Shown: positions 22,921 to 24,206 of the stretch, in pieces
How the letters are laid out: each line of letters starts with the position of its first letter
Numbering within the stretch: position 1 is the first letter of the stretch
IMG/VR virus record: IMGVR_UViG_3300020045_003748
Span: 1 to 24,206 of that record
DNA from: a virus
Lineage: Duplodnaviria; Caudoviricetes
Length of the DNA stretch: 24,206 nt
Direction: 5' to 3' (one strand)
Position numbers and translations under genes: made by a program
The notes under the pieces: model-generated
What the model saw: the letters and a program-made list of their open reading frames with translations, nothing else
Database searches by the model: none
What the model was told of the DNA's origin: nothing

Positions 22921-24133
22921 GGAAATATCTCGCATATCGGCTAACTTCGCAAAGCCAGCCAGGACCCGCGTATTCAAGGGCGGGCGGGGATCTGGTAAAA
23001 CCCGCGCCATTGCAAAACGTTCAGCGCTTAGGGTCTACCAGCTCGCAGAACTAGGCGTTGAAGGTGTTTTCCTTGCCAGCCGTGAACACCTAAACAGCCT
23101 TGACGAAAGCAGCATGGAGGAAATTAAGGCGGCTATTCGGTCAGAGCCTTGGCTTGCCTCATATTTCGACATTGGTGAGAAATACATCCGAACCGCCAAC
23201 CGCCGCATAAGCTATGCCTTTGCAGGGCTGCGGCATAACCTCGACAGCATCAAATCCAAGGCGCGCATCATTGGCAATTGGACCGATGAGGCTGAAAACG
23301 TGTCAGAGGTGGCATGGCGCAAGCTCATTCCAACCATCCGAGAACAAGGCGACGGGTGGCACGCTGAGAACTGGATTAGCTATAACCCGGAAAGCCCGGA
23401 GAGTTCAGTTCATCGCCGCTTTGTGCAAGACCCGGCAGATGATTGCATCGTTACAACCGTAAACTGGAAGCATAACCTATGGTTCCCAGATATTCTTAAT
23501 AAGCAGCGGCTAGAGGATCAACGGCTGCGGCCTGAAGTTTACGACCATCTTTGGGAGGGTGCGTTCCTCACCCTGACCGATGCGCAAATCTTCGGCGGTA
23601 AGTTTATCGTGGATGAGTTTGACCCATTGCCAACATGGGACGGGCCATATCATGGGCTTGACTTCGGATTTGCCAATGACCCCACCGCAGCCGTGCAGAT
23701 GTATATCAACAAGGGTGTGCTTTACATCCGCCATGAGGCTGGGCGCACAAAGCTGGAGCTGGACGCAACCGGGCAATTCGTCACGGATCGCATCCCCGGC
23801 ATGGCGCGTCATACGGTGCGCGCCGATAATGCAAGGCCGGAAAGCATCAGCTTTCTGCGGCGTCACGGCATTCCCAATATCATCGCAGCGGACAAGTGGC
23901 CGGGGTGCGTTGAGGATGGCATCGCGCACATAAAGTCTTATGAAAAAGTCGTTATTCACCCGGATTGCACCAATACAGCGCGCGAATTTCGGCTCTACAG
24001 CTACAAGGTTGATCGCAATACTGGCGACATTCTGCCAATCGTTGTTGACGCCAATAACCACTACATCGACGCCATCCGCTACGGTTTGGGGCCAATGATC
24101 AAGGCTAGGTCGGGGGGCTTTCATGTGCTATAG
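22904..24133 (+). CDS. terL: Terminase large subunit, PBSX family
   Basis: Walker A GGRGSGKT, Walker B WTDEAE, LIPTIR, SYNP, and nuclease motifs GLDFGF..DP, ADNARPE and NHYIDAIRYGL. ATG 22904. Confidence 0.93.
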   Translation: MKATIEEISRISANFAKPARTRVFKGGRGSGKTRAIAKRSALRVYQLAELGVEGVFLASREHLNSLDESSMEEIKAAIRSEPWLASYFDIGEKYIRTANRRISYAFAGLRHNLDSIKSKARIIGNWTDEAENVSEVAWRKLIPTIREQGDGWHAENWISYNPESPESSVHRRFVQDPADDCIVTTVNWKHNLWFPDILNKQRLEDQRLRPEVYDHLWEGAFLTLTDAQIFGGKFIVDEFDPLPTWDGPYHGLDFGFANDPTAAVQMYINKGVLYIRHEAGRTKLELDATGQFVTDRIPGMARHTVRADNARPESISFLRRHGIPNIIAADKWPGCVEDGIAHIKSYEKVVIHPDCTNTAREFRLYSYKVDRNTGDILPIVVDANNHYIDAIRYGLGPMIKARSGGFHVL

Positions 24134-24143
24134 CGCAACCGCT

Positions 24144-24158
24144 TGTTATACTGTAACA
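24144..24158 (+). promoter_or_regulatory. Putative late promoter / palindromic site TGTTAT-ACT-GTAACA
   Basis: One-mismatch copy of the 660 motif containing the extended -10 TG-T-TATACT, upstream of the gene after TerL. Confidence 0.6.
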
Positions 24159-24188
24159 TAGACAAAACCATTTCAGGAGCAATGCCGC

Positions 24189-24206
24189 ATGGCTTGGCCG
24201 TTTGCC
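24189..24206 (+). CDS. 5' start of the next gene, probably portal (partial)
   Basis: AGGAG at 24175-24179, then ATG reading MAWPFA. Identity is inferred only from its position after TerL. Confidence 0.35.

Noticed and set aside
23510-24124. 204-aa antisense ORF and 117-aa alternative-frame ORF within terL
   Set aside because: Unlike the MTase case, they supply no missing motif and TerL is complete in its own frame.

Overview
This window is a continuous stretch of a tailed dsDNA phage genome. The host is probably alphaproteobacterial (Rhodobacteraceae-like), inferred from the near-absence of GANTC sites and the gene content. From left to right it holds: distal tail genes with an 898-aa beta-helix tailspike; a membrane-protein-rich lysis cassette (GH19 endolysin, holin candidates, overlapping spanins); a leftward early operon of about 11 small coupled genes; a divergent promoter region with a Cro-like gene; a rightward DNA-modification block (SNF2-type helicase, N4/N6 MTase, HTH protein, C5 MTase); a leftward recombination/replication block (unknown protein, YqaJ exonuclease, VRR-NUC, SF2 helicase, TOPRIM primase-helicase); a probable origin; small HTH genes; small and large (PBSX-type) terminase; and the first codons of the next gene. 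No integrase, CI repressor, partition system or DNA polymerase is recognisable. The most notable observations are: (1) a C5 methyltransferase whose missing motif IX is encoded by a nested +1-frame ORF; (2) a three-way-junction RNA candidate whose two loops are together complementary to a 15-nt ribosome-binding region shared by two early genes; (3) a palindromic TGTTAT-N3-ATAACA motif before three late genes; (4) a nuclease-free helicase/MTase module; and (5) an unassigned protein in the position normally taken by a recombinase. All family assignments come from reading motifs by eye, not from database searches.
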